A stretch of DNA of 64,000 nucleotides, taken from the NCBI GenBank assembly GCA_963702545.1, contig CAVPDB010000006.1, positions 187,594-251,593 of the forward strand, given 5' to 3'. This DNA comes from an uncultured Acidobacteriota bacterium. GTDB lineage: Bacteria > Acidobacteriota > Polarisedimenticolia > J045. The notes beneath the pieces were generated by a model, which saw only the letters and a program-made list of their open reading frames with translations, ran no database searches and was not told where the DNA came from. Positions 48,811 to 61,090 of the stretch are shown here, one piece after another. A program made the position numbers and the translations under genes. The stretch's first letter is position 1, and each line of letters starts with the position of its first letter.

Positions 48811-51800
48811 ATGCCGGGCGGGAGCGAGGGCGAGAAGAAGGCGGAGCGGCCGAGCGGCCGGGGCCGAAGGGTTGTGCGTGTCCTGATCCTGGGAGTCCTC
48901 GGCCTGTATGCCGCCTACATGGTGGCGGCCAATCTGCTGCTGCAGACGCCTTTCGTCGAGTCGCTGACGAACAAGCGCCCCGAGAAGCTGCTCATCACCT
49001 ATCGGCGGGCCTTCACCTTCTTCCCCGGCCACGTGCTGGCCTACGGCGTGACGGTCCGCAACCAGGCCTCGCGCAGCCAGCTCCAGATCACGGCCGACAA
49101 GGTCTGGGCGGTGGCGAACCCGCTGCCGCTCCTCGCGCAGGAGGTCCGGATCCTGAAGGGCAAGGTCTGGGGCCCGAAGGTCTGGCTGCGTTCGCGCCCC
49201 GAGACCGCGGAGGAGCAGCGGGCGTCCGAGCCCTTCGTCCCGCCGATCGAGGGGCTGCCGCTCAGCCTGCGGGGCCCGCCGAAGCCCCCGTCGCCGTCGC
49301 CGTGGAAGATCGTGATCGAGGCGGTCGAGGTTCAGGACGTTCGGGAGTTCTGGTACCAGTTCGTGCGGGTGAAGGGCCCCGGCACGGTGCGCGGCGCGTT
49401 CACGATCGGCCCGGCCCAGCGGGTCGAGGTCCGCTGGGACGAGTGCGACTTTCCCGCGCTCGAGCTGCTCTTCCGGAACGAGACCGTCCTCCCCGCGGCC
49501 GAGCTGCGCTCGACCGGCAGGATTGCGCCGTTCGAGTCGGACGAGAAGGACACCGCCAGGCTCCTGTCGCACTTCTCCGGCCGCGCCGACGTGAAGGGGA
49601 CGGCATCGCGCGGGCTCGCCGCCGTGCAGCCGTTCCTGGCGGGCATCGAGGGACTGTCCTTGGCCGGAGAGCCGCTCGAGTACACGGTCGCGGTGCGGAT
49701 GGAGTCCGGGGCGCTGGTTCCCGGGACGCGGGTCGACCTCTCGACCGCCCGCGGCGACGCCTCGTTCCGGGGCATGCAGGCGAGCACGGCGCTGCGCCTC
49801 GCGGCGACGATCGGCGGTGCGGGGCCGGCGCACGGTCTGGAGCTCGATCTGGCGCTGGATGGCCTGCGGGTGCACGCGGAGCGACGCGACAGCACGGCGG
49901 AAGTCGCGGGCGCGCGCACGCTGCACCTCGTCGCCAGCCTGCCGGAATTCGCGCTGGGGGTGCCGCCGAAGCGGGTCGGCCTCGACCTGGCGGTGGCGGA
50001 CCTGCGGGTCGAAGACCTGCTCGACCTGCCACCGGATCGCACCCGCGGGGGTGTCGGGCCGCGCCTCGACGTGGCCCTGGCGGGGAACACACACGCCGCG
50101 GGCCAGGTCGAGCTGGGCGACGGGGGCGGTTTTCTCCGCGCGCTGGGGCCCGGTCGAGTTCTCCAACCTGACGGCGACGGCGAACGGACGGTTGATCGTC
50201 GACGGGGGGCGTCTGGCCAGCACCGGGAGCGTCGGGCCGATCTTGAAGGACAGCGCATTGCAGGGCGGCGCGTGGGCCTCGACGATCTCCGGGACCGTAG
50301 ACCTGGAGTTCGTGGCCGGCCCGGAACTGGCCGCACTGCAGCCGATCCTCGGACCGCGCGCCGGGTTCTCGCTCTCGGGCGGGCCGGTACGCGTCGCGCT
50401 GAAGGGCGCCGTGGACCGGGGCCGGCCGGCGGCCGGCTCGACGCTGTCGCTGCAGTCCGATCGCGTCGGGGTGCGGGCCGGGAAGGGGCTCCAGGCGCTC
50501 GGGGCGATCGACCTGGACGCCGTGCTGACCGCCGACGGGGCGGGCAGGGCCGACCTCGTGCTCGGCGGGCTCGTACTGCGCCTCCCGGCGGCCGGTGGTG
50601 CGGCGATGCGCGGCGAACGGCTCGTCCTGAAGGCGGCCGGGGACGGCATCACGCTCCACGGCCCGCCGCGGCAGCTCACGGTCGTCGCCGACCTTTCCGG
50701 GCTGGGTTACGACGGCGCGGTCGGCCCGCGCGCACTGGCGCTGTCGGCGACGGCGGCAGGCCCGGTCCACATCGACGCCGGCGCGACGACCGCCGCGGGC
50801 GCCACGCTCCTGCGCTGGGGACCGCTGGAGGTCCCAGGGCTCGCAGTCCGGCTCGCCGGGCAACCGTTGCTGGACGAGCTGCGCCTGGCGACCAGCGGCA
50901 CGCTGGGCCCGGTTGCGCTGTCCGGGCGGATCGACGGCAGGCGGCTGCTGGAGTCCGCGTCCGGGCGCGTGCAACTCGACGCCCGGACGCCGGCCGGACT
51001 GGCCGGGCTGCGTGCGCTGCTGCCGGCCGACGCTCAGGTCGCGTTCGGCGGGGACGCCGTGAGCCTCGCCGCCGACGTCTCGCTGGAGCGCGGAGTGGCC
51101 CTCCCCGGCTCGCGCGTCGCCGTCCGGAGCGACGGGCTCGAGGTCACCGCATCGGGGGTGGTGGCGCGAGCGGCGGTCGACCTGACGGCACAGGTGAAAC
51201 CGGAGAACGAGCTGGCGCTGGAGACGACCCTCACCGGGATCAGCGTCGCGCACCCGGGAGCCGAGAGCGCGGGAGGCCGCGGCGAGCGCATCGTGCTGAC
51301 GGCGCACGCCCCGCTGGGCGTGCTGCAGGCGCCGCGCAAGGCGCTCGATTTCGCGCTCTCGATGACGGAGCTGCACCTCGACGACGTGACGCGCCTCGAC
51401 GATCCCCTGCCCCAGAAGGTCCAGGAGGAGATCGGGCCGGACACCTTGCGGCTCGATCTGGCCCTGGCCGGGACCGCGCGCATCGACGGAAACCTGGCGC
51501 TGGGCCCGGGGAGCCAGTTCCTGCTGGACTGCGACACGGTCGACTTCCCGCACCTCGATCTCGACATCGATGGCACGGCGCTGTTGGCGCGCGCCACCCT
51601 GGCCGGCAAGGTGACGCTGGGGCCGTACGACTACGGGACCCGCGGCCGTGGCGGGATCCTGCCCGTGACCTCGGGGCACGCCCTGCTCACTGCCCGCACC
51701 GCCGCGGGGTTGCGGGCGCTGAACAACGTGCTGAAGAACGTCCAGTGGCTGGAGTTCGAGGGCGGGATCGGCTTCGTCACGCTGGAGGCGGTCGCCGAGA

Positions 51801-52900
51801 AGGGCTCGCTGAGACCGGGCTCCAGCGCCACGCTCCAGCTGGACGACCTGGCGCTGACGGTCACCGACTTCCGTGCCGGTGGCGACGCAAACGTCCGGGC
51901 CTGGATCGGCAGCGACGCGGGGGGCGAGTTCGGGGAGCTGGAGGCCGAGCTGACCGACGTGAAGGTTTCGCGCACGGGGACGCAGGGGCTGGCCGAGGCC
52001 GAGGGGGTGACGCTCACGGCCCGCACGCGCGAGCTGCAGCTCGGGAAGGCGCCGAGGAACGTCGATGTGAAGGTCGCGCTCCGCAACGCGCGCCTGGACA
52101 CGATCGTCGGCCTCAACGGGCTGCTGCCGAAGGGAACCGGCGTGGTCTTCACGGACGGCAGCGCGCGCGTCGACGCCGAACTGGCGGGCTCCTCCGGCGG
52201 CAAGGACGGGAGCGGTTCGATCCGCGTTCGCGGCGAACGGCTGGCGATGTCGGCGCCGGGCTACGACTTCGTCGGCGACCTCGCAGTCGACGTGCCGCTG
52301 TCCGATGGCGACCTGCTCGCCGGCAGTTTCAAGATCGACGGGGCGACGGTCGGCCTGTCGCAGTTCGACGTGGCGGGCGGCGAGACCGGCCGCGGTGACT
52401 GGACCACCGGCTGGTGGGCGAACATCGGCGTCGACGACGCGGACCTGGTTCTGAAGGGGGACATCACCGCCGCAGGCGAGGTCTCCTTGACGATGCGCGA
52501 CACCGCCCCGATCGTGCAGTTCTTCACCTCGCGAACGCACCTCCCGCGCTTTCTCGCCCGCGCGATGGACGTCAGCGACGTCTCTGGCAGCGCCGTCGTC
52601 TCCTACAGCCCGGAGCGGGTCGAGGTGAAAGACCTCGAGGTCGTCAGCTACCCCGCGCAGGTCAAGGCCCGCCTGCAGGTCGACAACAAGAAGCCGGCGG
52701 GACAGCTCCTCATCGTCTACGACTGGATCGGGGTCGGGATCGGCCTGGGCGGAAAGAAGACCGAGCTCGACCTGGTCGGAGCGCGTCACTGGTACGCGCG
52801 GCTCGGGCCGGACCCGCCGGAGGACCTCGACGCCTACGTGGACGAGGAGGTCGCAAAGTGGCGGGCGACGAAGCGGGAGCTGAAGAACCAGACCCCGTAG
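48811..52900 (+). CDS. Large N-terminally anchored beta-rich periplasmic protein, AsmA/TamB-like (frameshift near 50145)
   Basis: One N-terminal TM helix (VLILGVLGLYAAYMVAANLLL), then about 1300 aa of Gly/Leu/Val beta-strand pattern with internal repeats. Confidence 0.65.
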
Positions 52901-52965
52901 CAGGTCACGCGCGGACTGACCCCGACCCACCCGGCGGTGGAGGGGCCGGGGCGGGCCGGCGGCGG

Positions 52966-53940
52966 TCATCCGACCGTGATGACTACCTTTCCGCGGGCGT
53001 GCCCAGCTTCCACGTAGCGGATGGCGGCAGGAAGGTCGCTCAGCGGAAAGCACCGGTCGACGGCGGGCGTGATCGCGCCACTCGCCATGAGGCCCTGAAG
53101 CGTGACGAGGTCCTCCTGGCAGATCTTCGCGATGAACGTGACGAGCTTCTGGCTCACGAACCAGGACGTCACCATCTGAGAGATGGAATCGAAGATCATC
53201 GTGAACGAGCCGGTGTCGGTGTTCCCTCCGCTGATCGCCACGTAGCTCCCCTTCGGCGCCAGGACACGCCTGCAGGCCGACAGCGATCTGTTCCCGACAC
53301 AATCGAAAAGCAGATCGAACTGCTGCCCGCTGCTCGCGAAGTCATCGCGCGTGTAGTCGATGACGTGATCCGCGCCGAGGGATCGGACGAGGTCCAGGTT
53401 CCTCGTGCTGCAGACGCCCGTCACCTCGGCGCCGAGCGCCTTGGCGATCTGCACGGCGAACGTGCCCACGCCTCCCGCGGCGCCGTTGATCAGGACCTTC
53501 TGTCCCGGCTGGAGACGTCCATGGTCGCGAAGGCCCTGCAGCGCCGTGAGCGCCGCGATCGGGACGCCGGCCGCCTGTTCGAACGAGATGCGATCCGGCT
53601 TGGCCACCAGTCTCGATTCGGCAGCGCACGTGTACTCGGCAAAGGCCCCCTTGCACGCGCCAAACACTGCATCGCCGGGCACGAAGCGCGTCACGCTCGT
53701 CCCGACTGCTTCCACATGGCCTGCCACGTCGACTCCGAGCCGGGGGTCCTTCGGCCCGAAGAGCCCAAAGGCGACGCGAGCCACGCGGGGCGTGCCGCGC
53801 AGGAAATGCCAGTCCAGCGGATTGACAGCGGCCGCCCGAATCCTGAGCAGAACCTCTCCGTCCTTGGGAACCGGCGTGTCGACGTCCGTGAACCGGAGGA
53901 CATCCGGGGGTCCGTATCGCGTGTAGATGGCCGCTTTCAT
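52966..53940 (-). CDS. NAD(P)-dependent MDR-family oxidoreductase (quinone oxidoreductase-like)
   Basis: YGPPDVL, AAAVNPLDW, GVDVAG, VLINGAAGGVGTFAVQIAK, GADHVIDY, GHARGKVVI. Confidence 0.92.
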   Translation of the reverse strand: MKAAIYTRYGPPDVLRFTDVDTPVPKDGEVLLRIRAAAVNPLDWHFLRGTPRVARVAFGLFGPKDPRLGVDVAGHVEAVGTSVTRFVPGDAVFGACKGAFAEYTCAAESRLVAKPDRISFEQAAGVPIAALTALQGLRDHGRLQPGQKVLINGAAGGVGTFAVQIAKALGAEVTGVCSTRNLDLVRSLGADHVIDYTRDDFASSGQQFDLLFDCVGNRSLSACRRVLAPKGSYVAISGGNTDTGSFTMIFDSISQMVTSWFVSQKLVTFIAKICQEDLVTLQGLMASGAITPAVDRCFPLSDLPAAIRYVEAGHARGKVVITVG

Positions 53941-54128
53941 GGGCAGAGCCTCACTGGCGTCCGATTCACGGATCCCCCCGATGGCATCAATCTCAGCGCG
54001 GGCTCAGGGTAGCACCGGCGCATGGCGTCGGGGCGGCCAGGCGCGCCGCTCGACCGCAGCTGCAGGTCCAGCGAGGTCGCCCCCCTTCCTGTCGTCGCCC
54101 TGGGCCGGAAGATGCGATGCACCGTGCG

Positions 54129-55079
54129 TCAGGGGCAGTCCCGCGCCGCGATCGCGCCGCCGTCGCTCGCGAAGCCCGCCGGGCCGGCGGCACCCGCGCC
54201 GCGCACCCGCGCCAGGTACGCGAAGAGCTCCCCGCGCGTCTGGTCGCGCGTGATCTCCTGCACGGCCTCGGGCGAGTGGATCCGCACACCGTCCACCTCG
54301 CCGCCGTTCATGATCATGCGCCAGAGCGTACGGTAGTCGGACAAGCGGCTGATGACCCCGCCGTCGATCCGTGGGTTCGTCGTGCTGTTGTAGAACATCC
54401 CGATGCCGAGCGGGTCGCGCACCCTCTCGGCGAAGATGCGGCGCCAGACGGCGCCCGAGCCGAGCCCGACGCAGTTCGCCGGGAACCGGTTGCAGTACGC
54501 GATCTCGGCCATCCGGCCCGCGACGTGCATCGAGTTGCTGCCGTAGAAGAACGTCGCCCCGGGCGCGGAGACGCGCGGCGCGCGGTCGAGGATGTCGGTC
54601 GTGCAGTCCGCCAGCGTCGCGCCGGGGTCGGCGACGCAAGGCCACTCATCGTTCCAGAGTCCGGAGGTCTGGCTGAACGCCTGCCGCAGCGTGATCGAGC
54701 CGTTCGGCGTCCCCGCGTACTGCGGCAGGTAGTCGGCGACCATGTCGTCGAGCGACATCGTTCCGTCGTCGACGAGGCTCATGATGACGCTCGCCGACAC
54801 GACCTTGCTCGCGGACGCGATCGGCACGAAAGTGCCCGGCCCGTAAGTCCCGAAGAATCGCTCGTGATACGACGTGCCCGCGCCGTCGAAGACCGCAATC
54901 GCCGCACCCGGCAGACCGCGGTCCACTCGGTGGAGGTCGACGACGGCGTCGGCCTGGACGAAGCTCGGGGTGCACCCCAGAGAGGGCGGCGCCGCGAGCG
55001 CCAGCGCCGCGGCGCAGGCGAGGCCCGCTGCGGCGAACCGGATCGGAAGCGGCCCCGACCTACTGCTGCTGACGAACAT
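54129..55079 (-). CDS. Secreted serine hydrolase (class C beta-lactamase-like), apparently internally deleted, with C-terminal CP tail
   Basis: Signal peptide, IASASKVV (SxxK), ITLRQAFSQTSG, PGATFFYGSN (Tyr motif); the domain stops after DQTRG and the protein ends GELFAYLARV...ARDCP. Confidence 0.8.
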   Translation of the reverse strand: MFVSSSRSGPLPIRFAAAGLACAAALALAAPPSLGCTPSFVQADAVVDLHRVDRGLPGAAIAVFDGAGTSYHERFFGTYGPGTFVPIASASKVVSASVIMSLVDDGTMSLDDMVADYLPQYAGTPNGSITLRQAFSQTSGLWNDEWPCVADPGATLADCTTDILDRAPRVSAPGATFFYGSNSMHVAGRMAEIAYCNRFPANCVGLGSGAVWRRIFAERVRDPLGIGMFYNSTTNPRIDGGVISRLSDYRTLWRMIMNGGEVDGVRIHSPEAVQEITRDQTRGELFAYLARVRGAGAAGPAGFASDGGAIAARDCP

Positions 55080-55275
55080 CTCGCCCTCCACGGGGAAGGT
55101 CGTGCTCGGCGGGTCGTCCTGCCCCTCGGGACGCGGCGCGCGGCGCCCCTTCAGTCAGGACGGGCGTTCCGCGGCTGGGTTGACGCGTCGGGCGGGGCAG
55201 GCCGGCGTCATGTCGCCGTCACTCGACCGCAGGGCCTCTGCGCCTGGCCCGGGCCGCTCGACGACGCCGAGGTGG

Positions 55276-55994
<719 letters not shown>

Positions 55995-56139
55995 GGCATG
56001 TCCTCTCCGGATAGCGGGGGGGGAGGATGGCGCGCGGTCGATCCGGCCGCAAACCCGGACCCATACCAGGAGTAAGCCGCACTCCGGCCGATCGTCCCAA
56101 GGACCCGCAGGGGCCGGCGTCCGTGCCGGCCCGCGCCGC

Positions 56140-57447
56140 TCAGAGCCGGCGCCGAGCCTTGAGGTCGAGGTACCTCTGCACGACGCCGAAGGCCAGCCGG
56201 TCGGCCGGTGTGGTCAGGACCTGGACCCCCGCCCCGGCCAGCCGCGCCGCGAGCGCACGATTGCCGGCGGTGAGCGAGAGCGCCGAGACCTTCGCGTAGG
56301 CCGCGGTGAGATCCTCCGGCACCGCGTTCGCGTGAGCGATCAGACCGGGGTCCTCGAGATTCACCAGCAGCGGCAGGTGCCGCTGCGCGAGGCCGAGCAG
56401 CGCCCGCTCGAGCACCGCGGCGTTGGCGAGATCGAGCACGGAGGTCAGCAGAACGGCCAGCGAACGGCGCGGCACCCGGCTCGCGCACCAGGCCGCGACC
56501 GCCTGGTAGTCGGGTTCTTCGAGATCCGCCCGCTCGCGGTAGATCCGATCGAACAGCGGCCCGAAGGAGCGGGTCCGCCGGTCCACCCGCACCACCTGGC
56601 GGATCTCCTTCGAGAACAGCACCAGCGTCGCCTCGTCCCCCTGCGCCACGACGACGCGCAGCAGAGCGATCACCGCGGCCAGCGCGTGGTCGAGCTTCCC
56701 CAGCGCGCCGTCGAGCGCGGCCATCGGCCGCCCGCAGTCGACCATCACGACGAGCTGCTGGTGCTGCTCCCAGGTATTCTCGCGGATCACCGGGCGGCGG
56801 CGGCGGGCGGTGGCCTTCCAATGGACACGGCGATAGTCGTCACCGGGAAGGTACTCGCGCAGCGCGTACAGCTCGGTCGAGATCCCGCGGACGGCCGTCT
56901 CGTGAGCGCCGAGCCGGTGTTCGATGGCGTGCTTGACCGCGAGCGCCGCGTCCCCCTCCAGGTGCAGCTTCGGGTAGACCTTGAACGGCTGGGCCTCCAC
57001 GAACCGTCGCTCGCCCCACGCCAGGCGCCACGGGCCGGCCACGCGGAGCGTCGCCGGGGACAGCTCCCCGGCTCCCCGCCAGAGCGGGCACACGGAGTAG
57101 GGCAGCCTGACGCGCGAGCGGCCGGGGATCGTCGCTGCGAAGTCGAGCGGCCGCTCGACGAGCAGCGTCGAGAGCGCCTCGCGGGCGCGGATGGTAAGCG
57201 GCCCGGGCTCGTGGTTCTCGATGACGAGCGCAAGCTGGGCCGCTTCTCCCTGGTGGAAGATCGCAGGGGCCTCGCGCTGCACGGCGAGCGCCAGCCGCCG
57301 CGCGCGCACGCCGTCGAACAGCGCCAGCCCGAGCACCAGCGCGTCGATCGCCAGCCCGCACCAGGCCGCCTCGACCGCGACGAAGCCGGCGACGAGCAGC
57401 AGGCTCGCCGCACCCCAGAGCGCGAAGGCGCGCGCCGAGAACGTCAT
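56140..57447 (-). CDS. DUF58 (vWA-related) protein
   Basis: Two N-terminal TM helices, [50 protein letters not shown]. Confidence 0.9.
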   Translation of the reverse strand: MTFSARAFALWGAASLLLVAGFVAVEAAWCGLAIDALVLGLALFDGVRARRLALAVQREAPAIFHQGEAAQLALVIENHEPGPLTIRAREALSTLLVERPLDFAATIPGRSRVRLPYSVCPLWRGAGELSPATLRVAGPWRLAWGERRFVEAQPFKVYPKLHLEGDAALAVKHAIEHRLGAHETAVRGISTELYALREYLPGDDYRRVHWKATARRRRPVIRENTWEQHQQLVVMVDCGRPMAALDGALGKLDHALAAVIALLRVVVAQGDEATLVLFSKEIRQVVRVDRRTRSFGPLFDRIYRERADLEEPDYQAVAAWCASRVPRRSLAVLLTSVLDLANAAVLERALLGLAQRHLPLLVNLEDPGLIAHANAVPEDLTAAYAKVSALSLTAGNRALAARLAGAGVQVLTTPADRLAFGVVQRYLDLKARRRL

Positions 57448-58430
57448 CCGCGCGGCACCTCGATCCGGTCGAGGAGCGTCCCGAGGATCTCCTCGGTCCC
57501 CTTCCCCTCGAGTTCCGTCTCGGGGGTCGCGATCAGCCGATGGCGGAGGACCGGGCGGGCCATCCGCTTGAAGTCGTCGGGGATCGCGAAGTCGCGCCCC
57601 TCCATCGCCGCCCAGGCGCGGGCCGCTGCCAGCAGCGCGATCCCGGCGCGCGGGCTGGCGCCCGCGGCGAGCTGCGGCGCGCGCCGCGTCGCTTCGACGA
57701 TCGCGTGGAGGTAGCCGAGCAGCGGCTCTTCCACCCGCACGCCGCCGAGTGCGGCGCGCAGGCGCGGCAGGTCCCCCGGCGCGAGCACGGCGGACAGCGG
57801 GATGTCGGTCGACGTGAGCTGCACGCGGCCGTCGAGGAAGCGGCGGTAGATCTCGAGCTCTTCCGCCGCCGCCGGGTAGCCGACGAGGACCTTCATCAGG
57901 AAGCGGTCGAGCTGGGCTTCCGGGAGCGGGTAGGTCCCCTCGTGCTCGAGCGGGTTCTGGGTCGCGATCACGAAGAAGGACGGCGCCAGCGCGTGGCTCA
58001 CCCCGTCGATCGTCACCTGCCGCTCCTGCATCGCCTCCAGCAGCGCCGCCTGCGTCTTGGGCGGCGTCCGATTGATCTCGTCGGCGAGCAGGACCTCGGT
58101 GAAGACCGGCCCCTTCTGCAGGTGGAACAGGCCGCGCTGGAAGTCGAAAACGTTCGTCCCGATGACGTCTGCCGGCATCAGATCGGGGGTGAACTGCACG
58201 CGCCGGAACTCGAGCCCCAGCGCCGCGGCGAGCGCGCGCGCGAGCAGCGTCTTGGCCACGCCGGGAACCCCCTCGAGCAGGACGTGTCCGCCGACGAAGA
58301 GCGCTGCGAGGATCTCGTCGAGCGGCGCTTGCTGGCCGACCACGACGCCGGCGAGCGCCTCGCGCAGCGCGACCAGCCGCGCCGCGGCCTCGGCAGGGGT
58401 GAGCGGGGATCGATCGTCGAACGGCGTCAT
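57444..58430 (-). CDS. moxR: MoxR-family AAA+ ATPase
   Basis: [80 protein letters not shown]. Confidence 0.96.
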   Translation of the reverse strand: MTPFDDRSPLTPAEAAARLVALREALAGVVVGQQAPLDEILAALFVGGHVLLEGVPGVAKTLLARALAAALGLEFRRVQFTPDLMPADVIGTNVFDFQRGLFHLQKGPVFTEVLLADEINRTPPKTQAALLEAMQERQVTIDGVSHALAPSFFVIATQNPLEHEGTYPLPEAQLDRFLMKVLVGYPAAAEELEIYRRFLDGRVQLTSTDIPLSAVLAPGDLPRLRAALGGVRVEEPLLGYLHAIVEATRRAPQLAAGASPRAGIALLAAARAWAAMEGRDFAIPDDFKRMARPVLRHRLIATPETELEGKGTEEILGTLLDRIEVPRG

Positions 58431-59548
58431 CGTGGACCCTCCCGGGTGGGCGGCGGATGAACCCGCCGCCGCTGGCGCTCCCCGACCGTGCGGGCCAGCG
58501 CCAGGAACTCCGCCTCTCCCCCCTCGAAACGCTCGGGGAGCGGGTTGTCTCCCTGCTCCCTGGGGACCAGGCGGCGGGCGTGATCGAGCAGGAGCTGCCC
58601 GGCCTCGGCGGCGTGCCGCCCGACGCGGTGCAGCGAGGCCAGGCCGAGCAGGGATCGGCCGATCGAGCCGGGGTTGGTCCCCTCGGCGACCAGGCGCGGG
58701 CCGAACGGTCGCGCGAGCACGAACACGATCCCGCAGTAGATGAGACCGAGGTGCGTGAGAAGCAGGGCCAGCGGGATGCCGGTCCCGGTCCCGTCTTCCT
58801 CGCTGACGTCGCGATACCCCTGGTGCCATTCGTCGAAGAGTACCGCCCCCCCGGTCGGGACGAGGTCGCCGAGCGTCTCCTCGAGCCAGGCGAGGTTGCC
58901 GTCGCGGGCCAGCCAGGCGTTCGCCAGCAGCGTTGCGTTGTTGACGACGAGCAGCCGGCCACGCCGGCGAGGGATCTCGAAGGCGAAGGCCGTCCCCTTC
59001 GCGTCGAGCAGCCAGGCCTCGGTGCTGGGCGGCTCGCCGATGCGGGCCGAACCCGTGAGGACGACCGGCCGAGCGGTCCGCCCCGCGGCGACGCGCGACG
59101 GAGCGGGAACAAGGCCGCTCTCGGCGGTACGCCAGCGCCGCCAGCCGGACCAGCCAAGCGGCGGTTCGGCCTGGGAATCGACCCTGGACAGGCCGAAAGC
59201 GGCGAGCAGGGCCGCGTCGTAGGCTCCCGCCCCGGATGGATCGGCCAGCAGCAGGGTGTTTCCCCCGCGCTGGGACCAGCGGTCGAGCGCCTCGAGGTCC
59301 TCGCGCAGCGGCGGCGCGGCGAGCGGCATGGCGACGATCAGCAGCCCCGGCTGGTCGGGGAGGCGGGCGAGCGGGCGCTCCCACGCGCGCACGTCGACAC
59401 CGCGCCGCTCGAGATAGTGGAACGCGGCGCGCAGCCCCCGCGGCGCGCGGCTGCGCACCGACGCCGACGGCGTCGGCCGTTCGGCGAGGAGCGCCATCGC
59501 CAGCGCGAAGAGCGCCAGCAGCGCGAGGAAGCCGGCGCGTCGCTTCAC
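58427..59548 (-). CDS. DUF4350-like membrane-anchored protein
   Basis: N-terminal [39 protein letters not shown]-terminal TM then RPFGP; position in the MoxR operon. Confidence 0.8.
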   Translation of the reverse strand: MKRRAGFLALLALFALAMALLAERPTPSASVRSRAPRGLRAAFHYLERRGVDVRAWERPLARLPDQPGLLIVAMPLAAPPLREDLEALDRWSQRGGNTLLLADPSGAGAYDAALLAAFGLSRVDSQAEPPLGWSGWRRWRTAESGLVPAPSRVAAGRTARPVVLTGSARIGEPPSTEAWLLDAKGTAFAFEIPRRRGRLLVVNNATLLANAWLARDGNLAWLEETLGDLVPTGGAVLFDEWHQGYRDVSEEDGTGTGIPLALLLTHLGLIYCGIVFVLARPFGPRLVAEGTNPGSIGRSLLGLASLHRVGRHAAEAGQLLLDHARRLVPREQGDNPLPERFEGGEAEFLALARTVGERQRRRVHPPPTREGPR

Positions 59549-60242
59549 CCGAGCAGTTCCTCGGCCATGGGGAGCAGCGCCCTCACGGCGGCCGGCCCGA
59601 CCTCGTGCTGACCGTAGAGCAGTCGATCGGTCGTGCGGGCGAAATCGGCCAGCCGAGGCAGCCGGCCCCAGGCCGGGGCGGCCTGCCGCACCGTCTCCAC
59701 GAACTCGCGATTCGTGCGCTCCTCGGCAAAGCGGCCCAGGCCGCGCAGCTCGAGCGTGGTCGCGACGAGCCGCCACAGCGCTCCCAATGCGCCCCGGCCA
59801 TCGCCCCGCGCAAGGCAGTCGTCGAGCAGCGCGCGCAGTTCGGCCGCCGTCCGCTCCGGCGTCAGCGCCTCGACCCGCGGATCGCGCTGCGTCCCCGGGA
59901 CGGGTTGCGACCGGCAGCCCAGCGGTAGAGCTGCCAGCCGATCCCGAGCGCGACCACCGCAAGCAGCACCCAGGGCAGGACGCGGATCAGGGCGAAGAAG
60001 AGGCCGCTCTCCACGAGCCCCCCGACGAGCCGCTCCAGGAACCGGTTGCGCAGGTGGACGAGGTACTCCATCACCGACGCGTCCTCGCCGGTTGCGACGC
60101 GCTCCTGCTGCACGACCTGCTGAAGGAGCGCGGGATCCGGACCGGTCGCAAAGGACGCCGCTCCCAGGTTCGCTCCGGCGACCGCGAGCGCCACGGCCAG
60201 GCCGGCCGCCGCGACGAGCGCCAGCGCGGCGACACGCCTCAC
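59545..60242 (-). CDS. DUF4129-like membrane protein (frameshift near 59915)
   Basis: Signal/TM region in frame 59862..60242; C-terminal RTNREF...DRLLYG motif in the frame ending at 59545. Confidence 0.72.
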
Positions 60243-61090
60243 GGCCCCTCGCCAAGCCGCTCGCGGATCGCGTCCTCGAGTGCCGACCCCTCCATCCGCT
60301 CACGGGTGTCGCGGTACAGCAGGGTCAGCGCCACCGCGGGATAGAGGCCGACGATCGACGTGACGAGCGCCTGTCCCAGCGACACCAAGAGGAGGAGCCA
60401 GAGCGGTATCACTCCCGCCACGCCCCCCTCCGAGGCCATCTTGAACATGTGGAAGAACCCCCACCCATAGACGGGGATCCCGATGAGCAAGGTGAGCGAG
60501 TACGAGACGAGCACGAAGATCAGCCCGATCAGCACCACCTTGAGCTGCGTCGTGTTGGCGAAGCGCTTGGTCGGGTTCCAGCCGACGAGCGTCATCGACC
60601 GGCGCAGCGCGGCCCCGAAGGCGAGTCGCTCGTACAGCACGACGGGGATCACGAAGGCGAAGTAGATCCAGAGGATCAGTCCCGGCGCCAGGCAGCAGAA
60701 CATCCCGACCCCGACGGCGAGCGCCCCCAGGATCACCGTCAGCGCGGGCCGCGGCGAGAGGGCCGCGCGGTACGCCTCGGCGATCGAGGACGGCCGGCCA
60801 TCGAGCGTCGCCCCGACGGCGTGGTAGACGGCGATCCGCACGAGGAGGTGGACCAGGCCCGCCAGCAGCATCAGCGCGTACATCGGCACCAGCATCCCGA
60901 AGACCGCCTCCGGGTTCTCGGGATTGGGGACCATTCCGCCGAGGCGCACCTGGATCAGCGCGGTGAGCACGGCCAGCGGCAGCTCCACGACGAGTGGAAC
61001 CGCCAGCAGCCGGCCGAAGTGCTGCCGCACCAGGCCGATCGGCCGATCGACGATGTCAGCAAACGAGAGTGACCCGGGCGCTTCGCTCAT
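60239..61090 (-). CDS. Polytopic membrane protein of MoxR operons (GDPD-membrane-domain-like)
   Basis: LSFADIVDR start, about 6 TM helices, ALRRSMTLV, LYRDTRERMEG..LE; ATGA overlap with the upstream gene. Confidence 0.78.
   Translation of the reverse strand: MSEAPGSLSFADIVDRPIGLVRQHFGRLLAVPLVVELPLAVLTALIQVRLGGMVPNPENPEAVFGMLVPMYALMLLAGLVHLLVRIAVYHAVGATLDGRPSSIAEAYRAALSPRPALTVILGALAVGVGMFCCLAPGLILWIYFAFVIPVVLYERLAFGAALRRSMTLVGWNPTKRFANTTQLKVVLIGLIFVLVSYSLTLLIGIPVYGWGFFHMFKMASEGGVAGVIPLWLLLLVSLGQALVTSIVGLYPAVALTLLYRDTRERMEGSALEDAIRERLGEGP

Noticed and set aside
8905-53302. Long antisense or shadow ORFs (for example 8905..12744 +, 16210..18585 +, 35382..38558 +, 49400..53302 -)
   Set aside because: They mirror well-supported genes on the other strand, carry no motifs, and are expected from stop-codon scarcity at this GC content.
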